Assembly: GCA_038321985.1 (NCBI GenBank)
Contig: JBBQFN010000027.1
Coordinates: 1-64,000, forward strand
Source: Cyanophyceae cyanobacterium
GTDB lineage: Bacteria; Cyanobacteriota; Cyanobacteriia; Cyanobacteriales; Laspinemataceae
Direction: 5' to 3'
DNA: 64,000 nt
Position numbers and translations under genes: made by a program. Shown piece after piece: positions 9,866 to 21,651 of this stretch. Below the pieces are notes generated by a model. That model had not been told where the DNA came from, did not search any database, and saw only the letters and a list, made by a program, of their open reading frames with translations. Position 1 is the stretch's first letter. The number at the start of each line of letters is the position of its first letter.

Positions 9866-10474
9866 ATGTCACGATATCGAGGCCCGAGACTGAGAATAGT
9901 ACGCCGTTTGGGAGAACTGCCCGGATTATCGCGCAAAACTCCTAAGCGGGCCTATCCCCCAGGACAGCACGGGCAAGCCCGCAAAAAGCGCTCAGAATAC
10001 GCAGTGCGCTTGGAAGAAAAGCAAAAACTGCGCTTTAACTATGGCTTGAGCGAAAAGCAACTGCTGCGCTATGTTCGCCGTGCTCGTCGCGTCACGGGTT
10101 CTACGGGTCAAGTGCTGCTACAACTGTTAGAGATGCGTCTGGATAATACCATTTTCCGCATGGGGATGGCACCCACGATTCCAGCCGCACGGCAATTGGT
10201 CAATCACGGTCACCTCACGGTCAATGGTCGGGTAGTTGATATTCCCAGTTACAATTGCCGTCCCGGAGACACAATTATCGTCCGCGATCGGGAAAAATCT
10301 CGCCAGATGGTCCAAGCTAACCTGCAATCTCCTGGATTAGCTAATATGCCCAGCCATCTAGAGTTTGACAAAAACAAACTAGAAGGCAAGGTTAACGGAG
10401 TAATTGAGCGGGAATGGATCGCCCTACAAATTAATGAGCTCCTGGTGGTTGAATACTATTCTCGACAAGCCTAA
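9866..10474 (+). CDS. rpsD: 30S ribosomal protein S4
   Basis: [39 protein letters not shown]. Confidence 0.99.
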   Translation: MSRYRGPRLRIVRRLGELPGLSRKTPKRAYPPGQHGQARKKRSEYAVRLEEKQKLRFNYGLSEKQLLRYVRRARRVTGSTGQVLLQLLEMRLDNTIFRMGMAPTIPAARQLVNHGHLTVNGRVVDIPSYNCRPGDTIIVRDREKSRQMVQANLQSPGLANMPSHLEFDKNKLEGKVNGVIEREWIALQINELLVVEYYSRQA

Positions 10475-10523
10475 TTTTTCAAGTCTCGCTGCTTCTTACC
10501 GCGCAGCCTAACTAGATATTTTT

Positions 10524-10558
10524 TAAAGCCCCCAAACCCGTCAGCAAGGGGGCTTTTA
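10524..10558 (+). terminator. Terminator hairpin after rpsD
   Basis: taaagccccc ... gggggctttta. Confidence 0.7.
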
Positions 10559-10586
10559 GTTTGGGGATGGGGTGGAGGGGGCAAAT

Positions 10587-10702
10587 GTTCGTAGCAACGA
10601 CTGAATTGGCTGCTTGGGGACTGGAGGCAGCGCATCCAAAGGGGCGTGACGTAAGCTACCGCTTACGTCATGCGGAAACGACAGCAAGTCGTTACTACAA
10701 AC
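10587..10702. repeat. REP/MITE-like element with terminal inverted repeats
   Basis: GTTCGTAGCAACGAC ... GTCGTTACTACAAAC ends, internal palindrome tgacgtaagc-tacc-gcttacgtca; related copy near 8206-8230. Confidence 0.6.
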
Positions 10703-10717
10703 TTTCTTCCTAATCCC

Positions 10718-11773
10718 TCACCCTCCAATTTGCGACATTGTACGGCTGTAGCTTCCGGTTGCGGTGCCGGAATCTCGTTGTTTGAAGTTAATTTCTGGTT
10801 TGAGTTCGAGTAAATTGGCAACTTGCTGTCGGATTTCGCTGAGGGAGGTGCCGTCACGGAGGGCAGTTTTAAGGTCGATTTGTCCGGTTTCGTTGAGCAA
10901 ACAGGGACGCAACCACCCTTCGGCACTTAAGCGCATTCGATTACACCGATCGCAGAAACATTCTGACATTTGAGAAATAAATCCCAAGGTGCCTTTGGCG
11001 TTGGGAATCTGGAAAACATCCGCAGGGCCATTTCCGGTGACTTGTCCTTCCGTTAATCCCCAGCGATCGCGAATACGCTGGCGGAGTTCTTCGGAGGGGA
11101 TCCAACCGCAGTCACCAAATAATTCCCCATTCCCGATCGGCATGAATTCTATAAAGCGAACGTGCCAATTTCGGTTAATAGTTAATTCCGCTAAATCTAA
11201 GACTTCGCGATCGTTGACTCCGGGGATGACAACTACATTTAATTTTAAAGGGTTAAATCCGATGCGATAGGCTTCCTGAATCCCATCCCAAACTTGTTGC
11301 CAGCGGCTAGGACCGCGAGTCCCCGCTAGGAAATCAAAGGTTTGGGCTTCTAGGGAGTCTAGGCTAATATTAATCCGGCGCAGTCCGGCATCGTAGAGGG
11401 TTTGGGCTTTTTGGGCGAGGAAAAACCCATTGGTGGTTATGGCTAAATCTTTGGTTTGCGGCAAAGCGGCGATCGCCTCGACAATTTCCACCACATCTGG
11501 ACGGATCAGCGGTTCCCCCCCCGTTAACCGAAACCGAGTAAATCCTACAGGGATAAAGACTTCTTTGAGTAAGGTTAACAGTTCATCCCGAGTGAGTAAA
11601 TTTTGTTGGCGGATATAGTCAAGTTCCGCCCCTTCTGGCATACAGTATTGGCAGCGAAAGTTACAGCGGTCAATTAGACTAATCCTCAGATAATCAACTC
11701 GGTTTCGGGTTGGCGGGACTTCAAGGGTTGGAGTGGTATTTTTTAACGGGTTGGTTTCAACGAGATTGCCCAT
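10718..11773 (-). CDS. moaA: GTP 3',8-cyclase (molybdenum cofactor biosynthesis); start uncertain
   Basis: Radical [27 protein letters not shown]-terminal MSQIGG. Confidence 0.97.
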   Translation of the reverse strand: MGNLVETNPLKNTTPTLEVPPTRNRVDYLRISLIDRCNFRCQYCMPEGAELDYIRQQNLLTRDELLTLLKEVFIPVGFTRFRLTGGEPLIRPDVVEIVEAIAALPQTKDLAITTNGFFLAQKAQTLYDAGLRRINISLDSLEAQTFDFLAGTRGPSRWQQVWDGIQEAYRIGFNPLKLNVVVIPGVNDREVLDLAELTINRNWHVRFIEFMPIGNGELFGDCGWIPSEELRQRIRDRWGLTEGQVTGNGPADVFQIPNAKGTLGFISQMSECFCDRCNRMRLSAEGWLRPCLLNETGQIDLKTALRDGTSLSEIRQQVANLLELKPEINFKQRDSGTATGSYSRTMSQIGG

Positions 11774-11953
11774 TTGACCCCTAGATACTTTCATCTGATA
11801 TATTGAATATTCTAACGAAAAGTCCTTCAGACTATTGTTAATATGCTGGGTTTTAGTTATCAAAATTTTGAGGGGTTTCTTTCAAGATTTTTTATCAAGG
11901 GCGGTGAGTAGGGGTAGAGAAAAAGAAGATTTAAAGCAGTTTGACCCTGATTT

Positions 11954-12535
11954 TTAAGGATTAATCGCTTGGTCTGACCAAGTGCAATCGCCATGCAATT
12001 GATAGGACCGGCGGTTTTGGGGGTCTCCCTGCAATTCTAACCAATCCACGGCCAGTGGATTGAGTAATAGCAAACAAAAATGTGCCGGGGGTTGAGTGGA
12101 GTCGGGTATTGGGGGCGAAAAACCCAGGCGATCGCCACGGGGTGCAGCGGGATCAGGCCAAGCAAACTGCACTCGGGCGCTATCAGAGAGTTCCTGCCAA
12201 GCAAGGTAACGCGCTTGTTGTAAGGCAGGGTTAGGGGTATGGGGGTCTACCGAGCTCAGGTGACCTTGAAAGCGGAACTGTTCTCGGGTGAGGGGGAAGT
12301 ACCAGCAGACTTCCCCATGAGGATGGGCGGAGATTTGCTGGGTTTTTTGGCTACGGGCATCGGTAACGATTTTGAGTTGATTGGTTTCGTCTAAAAAGCC
12401 GCGAAAGACAACGGTGCGATTAGCGGGAGTTCCGTTTGGGCGGACTGTGGCGAGTTGGAAGTAGCGAGATTCAGGGCGGCTGCGATTGCGCTGGAGGGCC
12501 TGGTTAAGGGGCGATCGCCACGGTGCTAGAGGCAT
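11954..12535 (-). CDS. Pyridoxamine 5'-phosphate oxidase-like FMN-binding protein
   Basis: QLATV, PANRTVVFRGF, TDARSQK, CWYF..TREQFR. Confidence 0.85.
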   Translation of the reverse strand: MPLAPWRSPLNQALQRNRSRPESRYFQLATVRPNGTPANRTVVFRGFLDETNQLKIVTDARSQKTQQISAHPHGEVCWYFPLTREQFRFQGHLSSVDPHTPNPALQQARYLAWQELSDSARVQFAWPDPAAPRGDRLGFSPPIPDSTQPPAHFCLLLLNPLAVDWLELQGDPQNRRSYQLHGDCTWSDQAINP

Positions 12536-13735
12536 GATTCAACGGGGGAAAGCAGAGATTGGCTTTCGTATTCTATCTTCATAGCAAAGGCGATCGCCTC
12601 TGAAGCCTGACCCCATATTTCTAAATTGTGAATTAAATCTGTAGAAATCTCCTCGGTAACCGGGATTCACTTAGACTTAAAAAAAGTAACGACTTCCTCG
12701 CTTCCTGGTGGTTAAACCCGGTTGTGTAACGTGAGTGGCGGGAAAATTCGGCGACGCTTTGACGCTTTAACTATATTAATGCAAAAGTTCAGCTTGATGG
12801 GGGGAGTAGCATTGTCAGGTAAAAGGGGGTGAAAAGCCTTTCGTAGCCGACATTTATCTCCTTATTCCATTAACTTTATTTCAAATTGATAGAGGGCAGA
12901 GAATTTGTAAAATCCCTTGCCCAACAGCAGCAAAGCGCGGATAACCCAACCCCATGAATCCCAAACCCCATCCACTTATCCCGAAGGATTGGCCGTATCA
13001 CTTTTGCACTGCATTCGGTATTCTCGACAAGTTACCCAACAGTTTCTTGACAAAAATTTACGTTTTTCCTCAAATTAAACATTGCCAAAATATCCATTTT
13101 GAGGTAAAGCTGTAACCTTTTATTGAACTAAAAATAGTTTCTTTTTTGTGTAATTTGTTGCTGAAATTCCCACCGAGTCTAGGATAGATTTGTTTAGAGA
13201 AGTTAAAAAATTTCTCTTCCAGTTAGCATTAGCGCTTCAGATGTTTCAGAGAAACGCAGTCCGTGCGGTGGTTCAACCAGGGTGTGTCAATCCTACAATG
13301 GGCAACCTAACCGATTCACGGTGGGTACTATTAGCACAGGCCTCCAAAAGGTTCTCGTTCCCCAGTTAGGGCGATCGCGCTTCGGGTTTAGAAGTTAAAA
13401 ACGCAAAATCAGTTCGAGGAGTGTGTTGCTTAATTGCTGCCCACCGTTCAGACCCCAAAAATGCTGCATGGGTCCAGGGAAAACCTGCACCCAGGGGACT
13501 GTCTGAGTGCCGACTCCAGCAGAATTATGCCCCGCACAGACGCTATAAGCGCAGACCCGAAGTTTCTCCTCCACCCAGTTCACCGCCAGCCCCCCAAACC
13601 CAGTCTGTTGAGTCCAGAGTATTAAGGGTGGGCTTCCTCCCAAAAGCCAAAGGCAGGAAAAAAAGCTAAATTGTGCAATCTACCCTGACTCCAGCCTAAT
13701 CCTGCCTCCCAATTTCTCAATCCGAAACCCTAAGC

Positions 13736-16700
13736 GTGAAACGACGACCCATGCATAACCTAAAAGGCAGCATTTGCGAGAGTCTTAGCTTGTGCCAAGA
13801 CCTCAGCAAACGGGAATTTAACCATGATCCCCTGAATCCAACCCGCGCTTCTGTTTTACAACAACTGACCCTCGGCGTTGCACAAGCTGAGGATTTTGAT
13901 ACAGCATTAAGTTTAGTCCTGCGACGCATCTGCCAGACGGCTGAGTGGGATTATGGAGAAGCTTGGTCCTTAAATATCGAGAGGGGCTACCTTCAATGCA
14001 GCCCTGCATGGTATGCAGGAGCAATGAACGCCCTGGGGCAATCCTTACCCGAGATTGAAAAATTCCGACGACAAAGCGAAACCCTCACCTTTTTCCCGGG
14101 AATCGGGCTTCCCGGCCGGGTGTGGCTGCAACAAAAGCCTGAGTGGGCCAAAGATGTATCCGAACTGCCCCAAGCAATTTTTCAACGGGCCAAAGTCGCT
14201 AGAAAATTGGGAGTCAAAGCCGCCTTGGGAGTTCCAATTCTTGCCAAGGAAGAAATCCTCAGTGTGGTGATTTTCTTCATGGTGGAGTCGCGTCCAGAAG
14301 ATGGGCGAATGGTTGAACTGGTCTCAGAAATTCTCAGGGGACTGGGATCAGTGCTTTTCCATAAACGATCGGAAGAAGTCTTACGAAAAGCGGAACAAAA
14401 ATATCGAAATCTTTTTGAACGTTCCATAGAAGGAATGTTTCAAAGTAACCCTTCCGGGGAATATCTCCTCGTCAACTCCACCCTAGCCAATATTTATGGT
14501 TATGATTCACCCTCGGAAGTCATGAATTCGATTCGGGATATCCAACATCAGCTTTATGTCGATCCGAAACGCCGGGTAGAACTCCACCATCTGTTACAAA
14601 AAAAAGATGCCGTTTGGGACTTTCAATCTCAGTGTTATCGCAAAAATGGCAGCATTATCTGGATTTCCGAAAATGCTCGGACAATCCGGGATGCTAACGG
14701 CAAAATTGTAGCTTATGAAGGCACTGTTAAAGATATCACTGATCGCAAACGTGCGGAAGAACGCTTTGCCGCCTTGGTGCAAAACTCTTCAGACACCATT
14801 ACTATTTTATCTGCGGACGGACAGATTATATATGGTTCTCCCTCACTCGATCGCATTTTAGGATATCAACCGGATACCTTACTGGGTCAGTACCTCCTTG
14901 ATTACGTCCATCCCGAAGATGTGGCGATCGTTCAAGATGTTTTAATTCCCCGATCCAAAGCAGCAAGTGGAACGCGATCGCAACCCCCGTCCCCTTTCAA
15001 AAACCCCCACCCGTCTAAAGTAACTGCGGATCTCCCCCCCGTCACCCTGCTAGACCGGCCTGATCGCCTATCATCCTTAAAACCCATTGAGTATCGATTT
15101 CGTCATGCGGATGGAAGTTGGGTTTATTTAGAATCGGTAGCGAATAATCGCCTCGCCGATCCCAGTATCGAAGGGATTGTGGTCAATTCTCGGGATATCA
15201 CCCAACGCAAACAAGCCGAAGAACAACTGCATCAGCGACTGGTAATCGAAGCGGTGTTATCTCAAATTTCTCGCTTGTTTGTGTCTACAAGGGAACCCAA
15301 TTTCAATAAAATTCTAGCCCGGGTGGGAATTGCCGCCGGGGTAGAACGAGCTTACATTTTTGAGCTCGACGATCGCCTCAGTCAGTTTAATAACACCTAC
15401 GAATGGTGTTCTAACGCAGCAATTTCCCAAATCCATAACCGCCAAAACCTGAACAGGGTTGATTTTTCGTGGCTGATCGAACAGTTGTGTGTCCTAGAAC
15501 TGTTGGAGATCAGCGATATCAAGTCCCTACCCAACGCGGCCCATGCCGAAAAAGCACTATTCCTCTCTCAAAATATCCAGTCGCTACTCATTGTCCCGAT
15601 TTTTTCCCAGGAAGAACGGTTAGTCGGCTTTCTGGGATTTGACGATCGCCAAACCCAACCCAATTGGTCCGTTAGCCATGCTCAACTCCTGCGGGTAATT
15701 GCCCAAATGCTCTCCAGCTATTATCAACGCAAGCAAACCGAGGAAGCCCTGCGGCAGGCGGAACGCAAATATCGCAGTATTTTTGAAAATGCGGTGGAGG
15801 GGATTTTTCAAACCACTCCCGATGGTCACTACCTCACCGCCAATCCGATGTTAGCCTCGATCTATGGGTATGATTCCCCAGAAGAATTAATCCAGGTCCT
15901 GACAGATATCGAGCATCAACTCTACGTGGACCCTTCGCGCCGGTCCGAGTTTCGGCGCTTGTTACAAGAACAAGAGACGGTATGTGGGTTTGAGTCCCAA
16001 GTCTATCGATGCGATCGCCGGATTATCTGGATTTCTGAATGTGCGAGGACTATCCGCAATAACAACGGTGAAATTATAGGATATGAAGGCACCGTAGTCG
16101 ATATCACCCAGCGTAAACAAGCCGAAGTGGAACTCCACCAACGGGACAATTTACTGCTCGGGGTAGCACAGGCCATGAATCACCTGCTGACTAATGCTAA
16201 CACCGCTCAAGCGGCACTCGATGCCCTCGCCACCCTAGGACAAGCGGCAGGAGTTGATCGCGTTTATATTTGTGAGCGGTCTAATCCCACCAAAGCTTAT
16301 AACTTCGGGAACTCCTCACAACCCAAGCAGACCCTCTCATCTTGTTCTGATTGTACCTCCCAAGAAAATTGTGAGTTGTGGATTCGGTTTCAGTGGACCC
16401 GAATTCCCCAGGTCGGGTTAAAAAATGGAGCCTGTTCCGTTGTCCATTTGCACTCTACCTTGTTAGATACTTTGTTAATCGGTGAAACGGTGACTTTGCT
16501 CACCCAGAACATGGCTGAAGTGGAGCAAAAACTTTTTGTCAAGGAGGGCACGCGCTCCAGTTTGATGGTACCGATCCTAGTAAATAATGAATTTTGGGGT
16601 TATATCGGATTTGATGACATTGAGGTTGAGCGCCTTTGGTCCAAAAGCGAAGTCTCGATTCTAAGTGCGATCGCCGCGAGTATTGGGGGTGCTCTCCAGC

Positions 16701-18028
16701 GTCATCACCAAGAAGAAATGATTCGCCATCAAGCCTATCATGACCGCCTCACGGGTTTACCTAACCGGCAACTGTTGGATGAACGTCTGCCGATTGCGAT
16801 CGCCACCGCCAAACAGGAAGGACAACAACTGGCGGTGATGTTTCTCGACCTTGACCGCTTCAAAATTATTAACGATACCCTCGGTCATGCGGTGGGAGAC
16901 GAACTGTTAGAAACTGCTGCTATCCGCTTGACTAAATGTCTGCGGGATAACGATATTATAGTGCGCTGGGGCGGGGATGAATTTATCCTTTTGCTAGAAG
17001 GAATTACCAGCACAGAAGATACCGTCCAGATTGCTCAACGTCTGCTGGAATGCCTGCGTCCCGCTTTTGAAATAGAAGGAAATAAACTCTACATTACCGG
17101 CAGTATCGGCCTTGCTCTTTATCCCCAAGATGGAGAAGACCCGGAAACCTTGATTAAAAATGCCGATACTGCTCTTTATCGAGTTAAAGAACAAGGCCGA
17201 AATCATTATCAGATTTACTCTCCCGCCATGACTTCAGAAGCCTCGGAGTTAATGGTATTAGACAATTCCCTCCATGAGGCGCTAAAACGGGAAGAGTTTT
17301 TTTTAGAGTATCAACCCCAGGTAAATCTGAAAACAGGGGCAGTCGTGGGGATGGAGGCCCTGGTCCGTTGGCAGCACCCAAAGTTGGGATTAGTACCCCC
17401 GCATACTTTTATCCCGATCGCGGAGGAAAACTGCGAAATTATCAAGCTGGGGTGGTGGGTATTACACCGGGCGATCGCTCAAAATAAAGCATGGCAGGAT
17501 GCGGGATTGCCTCCTGTTCGAGTTATGGTGAATCTGTCTACCCGTCAGTTTCACCATCCTGATTTAATTAAAAATATCTCCGAAATTTTAGAGGAGACCA
17601 AGCTCGATCCTCATTGGTTAGGGTTAGAAATTAGCGAAACTACTGCCATGCACGACCCCGACTTAACCGATAGCATTTTGCGTCAGTTCAGAACAATGGG
17701 GATTTCAACGGCAATCGATGATTTTGGAATTGGGTATGCCTCCCTAAATTATCTGAAAAAATTTTGCTTTCAAACTTTAAAAATTGACAAATCTTTTGTT
17801 TGGGATATCGCCCTCAATGCTAAAGAAGCAGCGATCGTTACTGCAATTATTACCCTGGGACAAAATCTAAAGATGAGTGTCGTTGCTGAAGGAGTAGAAA
17901 CTGCCATCCAGCGCGATTGCCTCACGGACCTCAATTGCTACGAAATGCAAGGCTATTTGTTTAGTCCCCCCGTAGGTGCCGAAGACGCTACCCGACTGCT
18001 GTGGGAACAAAGCCAAAGGCTATTGTAG
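13736..18028 (+). CDS. GAF/PAS sensor GGDEF-EAL c-di-GMP cyclase/phosphodiesterase
   Basis: Several GAF and PAS/PAC repeats, RWGGDEF, MEALVRW, DDFGIGYASL. Confidence 0.95.
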   Translation: MKRRPMHNLKGSICESLSLCQDLSKREFNHDPLNPTRASVLQQLTLGVAQAEDFDTALSLVLRRICQTAEWDYGEAWSLNIERGYLQCSPAWYAGAMNALGQSLPEIEKFRRQSETLTFFPGIGLPGRVWLQQKPEWAKDVSELPQAIFQRAKVARKLGVKAALGVPILAKEEILSVVIFFMVESRPEDGRMVELVSEILRGLGSVLFHKRSEEVLRKAEQKYRNLFERSIEGMFQSNPSGEYLLVNSTLANIYGYDSPSEVMNSIRDIQHQLYVDPKRRVELHHLLQKKDAVWDFQSQCYRKNGSIIWISENARTIRDANGKIVAYEGTVKDITDRKRAEERFAALVQNSSDTITILSADGQIIYGSPSLDRILGYQPDTLLGQYLLDYVHPEDVAIVQDVLIPRSKAASGTRSQPPSPFKNPHPSKVTADLPPVTLLDRPDRLSSLKPIEYRFRHADGSWVYLESVANNRLADPSIEGIVVNSRDITQRKQAEEQLHQRLVIEAVLSQISRLFVSTREPNFNKILARVGIAAGVERAYIFELDDRLSQFNNTYEWCSNAAISQIHNRQNLNRVDFSWLIEQLCVLELLEISDIKSLPNAAHAEKALFLSQNIQSLLIVPIFSQEERLVGFLGFDDRQTQPNWSVSHAQLLRVIAQMLSSYYQRKQTEEALRQAERKYRSIFENAVEGIFQTTPDGHYLTANPMLASIYGYDSPEELIQVLTDIEHQLYVDPSRRSEFRRLLQEQETVCGFESQVYRCDRRIIWISECARTIRNNNGEIIGYEGTVVDITQRKQAEVELHQRDNLLLGVAQAMNHLLTNANTAQAALDALATLGQAAGVDRVYICERSNPTKAYNFGNSSQPKQTLSSCSDCTSQENCELWIRFQWTRIPQVGLKNGACSVVHLHSTLLDTLLIGETVTLLTQNMAEVEQKLFVKEGTRSSLMVPILVNNEFWGYIGFDDIEVERLWSKSEVSILSAIAASIGGALQRHHQEEMIRHQAYHDRLTGLPNRQLLDERLPIAIATAKQEGQQLAVMFLDLDRFKIINDTLGHAVGDELLETAAIRLTKCLRDNDIIVRWGGDEFILLLEGITSTEDTVQIAQRLLECLRPAFEIEGNKLYITGSIGLALYPQDGEDPETLIKNADTALYRVKEQGRNHYQIYSPAMTSEASELMVLDNSLHEALKREEFFLEYQPQVNLKTGAVVGMEALVRWQHPKLGLVPPHTFIPIAEENCEIIKLGWWVLHRAIAQNKAWQDAGLPPVRVMVNLSTRQFHHPDLIKNISEILEETKLDPHWLGLEISETTAMHDPDLTDSILRQFRTMGISTAIDDFGIGYASLNYLKKFCFQTLKIDKSFVWDIALNAKEAAIVTAIITLGQNLKMSVVAEGVETAIQRDCLTDLNCYEMQGYLFSPPVGAEDATRLLWEQSQRLL

Positions 18029-18064
18029 AGCTCGGCCTACATCGGGACCTGCCTGAATCCCCAT

Positions 18065-18092
18065 GTAGGGGCAATTCATGAATTGCCCCTAC
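18065..18092. repeat. GTAG-type REP palindrome between convergent genes
   Basis: Perfect 28-bp palindrome GTAGGGGCAATTCATGAATTGCCCCTAC. Confidence 0.8.
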
Positions 18093-18144
18093 TTTCTATC
18101 GCATCCTGATTCAGAAACGATAATAAGACCGGGGATAACGAAAC

Positions 18145-20265
18145 TTAGGCGGGGACCCGTTCTTTCTGTTCTCTGACCCAGTGACGGTGTTGAGCGATCG
18201 CCTGGATAAACGCCGACGCTGCCGATTGCATATCAGACCCTCCAACTAGGGTAACAATCCCTTTTTCAGATTGCACCTGTCCATTGGATTCGGACTCTAA
18301 TAAGCTCACCCCTCGAATACTCGATACCTTGAGTAATTCCACCCCTTCACCTGTGGCGGCGATCGCCTTGCAATGCCGGAACGCCTCATTAATAAAATGA
18401 ATTGCGTCTCCTTCCTCCTTCAAAGTCTCGATGCTTTGCTGTCCCCCGGGAACATAAATCGCATCATACATAATCGAACCCGTGGCGATAAACATCTTAT
18501 CTACCTCCACTTGCTCACCGGATGCACTGGTAATCATGCCGCCAAACTTCGAGATCACCTTCGCACTCGCCCCCGCCTCCTGCAATGCCTGCTTCATTTG
18601 CATTAACTGAGCGCCATCAAACCCATCCGCTGCTAAAATCGCCACTTGCCGACTCTGCACCGAATCCTTAACCGTATTCTCCATACTGAGTGAGGGAGAA
18701 CGGCGACCGTGATTTTCCAAAGCAGGTTGACTCGGAGGTGAGATTCCAATCCCCTTGGCGACACGCTTGGCTAAGTCATGATCCACATGGTTAAACAGAT
18801 CCACCATCCGTTCCTGAATCTGCTTGTCTTCCAACTTCCCTAACTCAAAATGACTGGCAGACACTAAGTGATCCTTTTCCACATCGGACAAGCTATTCCA
18901 GAACAATGTCGCTTGGCTAAAATGATCCTGGAAACTGTCGCTGCGTTTGCGGATTTTCAGCCCTTCCACCTTCTCGGCATAGTGAGTATAAGCCCGCATA
19001 TTCTCCGGATTCGACATGGGACAGCCCCCCGCCCGTGAGTTGGGGAAATAATTTACCTGACCCTTATCAATGGTTTGGCGGGAATACCCATCGCGCTGAT
19101 TGTTATGGGTGGGAGCAACTGGACGGTTAATTGGGAGTTCAGCAAAGTTCGGTCCACCTAACCGGATCAACTGTGTATCGGTATAGGAAAACAAGCGACC
19201 TTGTAACAACGGATCATTACTAAAATCAATTCCAGGGACTACATGACCTGGGTGAAAGGCAACTTGTTCGGTTTCTGCGAAGAAGTTATCCGGATTGCGG
19301 TTTAAAGTCATTTTGCCGATGATTTTCACCGGCACTAATTCCTCGGGAATTAGCTTCGTAGGGTCTAACAAGTCAAAGTCAAATTTATCCGCCTCTTCCT
19401 CATCAACCAGTTGTACCCCTAACTCATATTCGGGATAATGGCCCATTTCGATCGCATCCCAGAGGTCACGCCGGTTAAAGTCTGGGTCTTTCCCCGCCAG
19501 CTTTTGGGTTTCATCCCAGACTAACGAGTGCATCCCGAGAGGGGGTCGCCAGTGCAACTTCACCAACCGCGCCTTACCTTGCTCATTAATCCAGCGGAAG
19601 GTATGGACGCCGAACCCTTCCATCATGCGATAACTGCGGGGTAAAGCGCGATCGGACAGTACCCACATAATCATGTGCATCGATTCTGGCATCAGGGAGA
19701 TAAAATCCCAGAAATTATCGTGAGCCGCAGAAGCCTGGGGCATCTCGTTGTGCGGTTCAGGCTTAACCGCATGGACCAGATCCGGGAACTTAATCCCATC
19801 CTGAATGAAAAAGACTGGCATATTATTGCCTACTAAGTCGTAATTCCCTTCTTCAGTATAAAACTTAGTGGCAAACCCTCGCACATCCCGCACCGTATCC
19901 GCCGAACCTCGAAACCCTACCACCGTCGAGAAGCGCACAAATACCGGAGTTTTCACCGCAGGGTCTTGGAGGAATTTGGCCTTGGTGTATTCCGCCATTG
20001 ATTCATATACTTGAAAATAACCATGCGCCGCAGAACCCCGGGCATGAACCACCCGTTCGGGAATCCGTTCATGGTCAAAGTGAGTCATTTTTTCGCGGAA
20101 GTGGAAGTCCTCCATTAAGGTTGGACCTCGCTCACCCGCTTTTAGGGAATTGTTGGTGTCATCAATTTGAAGGCCCTGGTTGGTGGTCAAGTTTTCGCCT
20201 GTCTCCCGGCGAAACATTTCTAGGCTTTCATTTTTCTTTTGTTCGGAATTATTATCCTGATTCAT
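18145..20265 (-). CDS. katE: Large-subunit monofunctional heme catalase (HPII type)
   Basis: [25 protein letters not shown]-terminal DJ-1/PfpI-like domain. Confidence 0.96.
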   Translation of the reverse strand: MNQDNNSEQKKNESLEMFRRETGENLTTNQGLQIDDTNNSLKAGERGPTLMEDFHFREKMTHFDHERIPERVVHARGSAAHGYFQVYESMAEYTKAKFLQDPAVKTPVFVRFSTVVGFRGSADTVRDVRGFATKFYTEEGNYDLVGNNMPVFFIQDGIKFPDLVHAVKPEPHNEMPQASAAHDNFWDFISLMPESMHMIMWVLSDRALPRSYRMMEGFGVHTFRWINEQGKARLVKLHWRPPLGMHSLVWDETQKLAGKDPDFNRRDLWDAIEMGHYPEYELGVQLVDEEEADKFDFDLLDPTKLIPEELVPVKIIGKMTLNRNPDNFFAETEQVAFHPGHVVPGIDFSNDPLLQGRLFSYTDTQLIRLGGPNFAELPINRPVAPTHNNQRDGYSRQTIDKGQVNYFPNSRAGGCPMSNPENMRAYTHYAEKVEGLKIRKRSDSFQDHFSQATLFWNSLSDVEKDHLVSASHFELGKLEDKQIQERMVDLFNHVDHDLAKRVAKGIGISPPSQPALENHGRRSPSLSMENTVKDSVQSRQVAILAADGFDGAQLMQMKQALQEAGASAKVISKFGGMITSASGEQVEVDKMFIATGSIMYDAIYVPGGQQSIETLKEEGDAIHFINEAFRHCKAIAATGEGVELLKVSSIRGVSLLESESNGQVQSEKGIVTLVGGSDMQSAASAFIQAIAQHRHWVREQKERVPA

Positions 20266-21123
20266 GGTTGATTTTTACTGGTGATGAGGTTTATTGCTAC
20301 AGCGGCGATCGCTTCTTTAAGTTACCCAGTTGGGAGTCGGAGGAAATCGGGGCCGGAACGGGGGATAGGGCATATTAAAACCTTGAAAAGACTGAAAAAT
20401 TTACGACAAGCCCAATAAAAAACTGCTATCAATTCAGCGCAAAAAATTTAGAAAGGTCAGAGTATCTCCCCTTCCTTCTCTTTATTTTCAAAATAGCGTA
20501 GTTTCATTTAAGCGGCTAGAAGTTAAGGTGGTACTTCTACTATCCGTAATAGAAAACTTATCAAAAAAATAACCTCGATAGTGATTAATATTCAGCCGCT
20601 CGCAGAATCATTACCTAACCGGACAATTGCTTTGGGTCAAAGGGATCCGATAAAATTGCGGTTTTAGAACGACAGATTTATTCTGTAGAAAGCTCGCGCC
20701 GACTATTATTGATGTTCACACTCCAATAAAGCAGTCGCCCGTTCTATATTAGCAGAGAATAGCCGGAGATAGAAACGGGTGGACCACTAATTTTTCAAGG
20801 TCGCTTCAGGCCAATTTATCCCTTTTTAGGGAGGAATTCTACAATAAAGGAAAAGACATAATCAGTCATCTATCTAAAGGCATAAAATAGTCCTACCCAA
20901 GTCTAACTCTCAACAATTCTCTCATCCCAGCTTACCTGTTACAGAAAGATCTGTTGCCTACTTCTGCTTAAACATCACTAAAGTGATATCGTCATATACA
21001 GTTTGGGTGCCAATATGTTGTCGGAGGACTACATCCCCTCAATTCAATCGCCAAATAAAACAGCGATCGCAACCTAACCTACCCCAAATTGCGATCGCCC
21101 ATTAATTTTTAGAGCATTGCCGA

Positions 21124-21390
21124 TTATGCGTAGCTCTCTTGTTGTTTAAAATAGTGGTAAAGATTTGCCACCGTCAAATCAGGTACTTCTTGCCAATTCG
21201 AGGGCGCTAATGCATTATATCCCGTGGCATTGGCTCTCTGAAATACATAAAATTCATGTTTGTGACGCAATTCCGGTTTTACAATAAAGCGAAGTTGATC
21301 CCGCAGGGAATCATAATGAGATTTTTGCTTTAATGTTTCATAAAGGGACTGTTTAATCGCATTCAAGTCGCGCTTCAGGCGATCACAGAA
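21124..21390 (-). pseudogene. 3' fragment of an unknown gene
   Basis: Protein-like C-terminal segment; ORF-track N-terminus is the antisense of another fragment. Confidence 0.4.
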
Positions 21391-21540
21391 CGCATGACCT
21401 TCTATAACGATTTGCTCGAAAAACAGGAACGCTATCAGCAGGAAACCCCGGAACAACGGGAGGCGGAAAAGGCATGGATCGAAGAACAAAATCAGCAGAT
21501 CCAGCAAGTGCGGCAGGGGATAGAAGCAATTCTGGCTTAG
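21379..21540 (+). pseudogene. 3' fragment of a coiled-coil (possibly dynamin-like) gene
   Basis: Manual translation AITERMTFYNDLLEKQERYQQETPEQREAEKAWIEEQNQQIQQVRQGIEAILA*; in-frame stop upstream at 21331. Confidence 0.5.
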
Positions 21541-21651
21541 AGAATTGCCGGGTAAAGGCGATAAATGATTGAGACTGACTATCTAGCAGATTTCAAAGCC
21601 CCTCTCCCAATATGGGAGAGGGGTTTGGGGTGAGGGTTCTACCGTATCGCC

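Noticed and set aside
12536..13735. 1.2-kb intergenic region with short ORFs
   Set aside because: No convincing coding signal or RNA structure found by eye; probably promoter/UTR of the GGDEF-EAL gene
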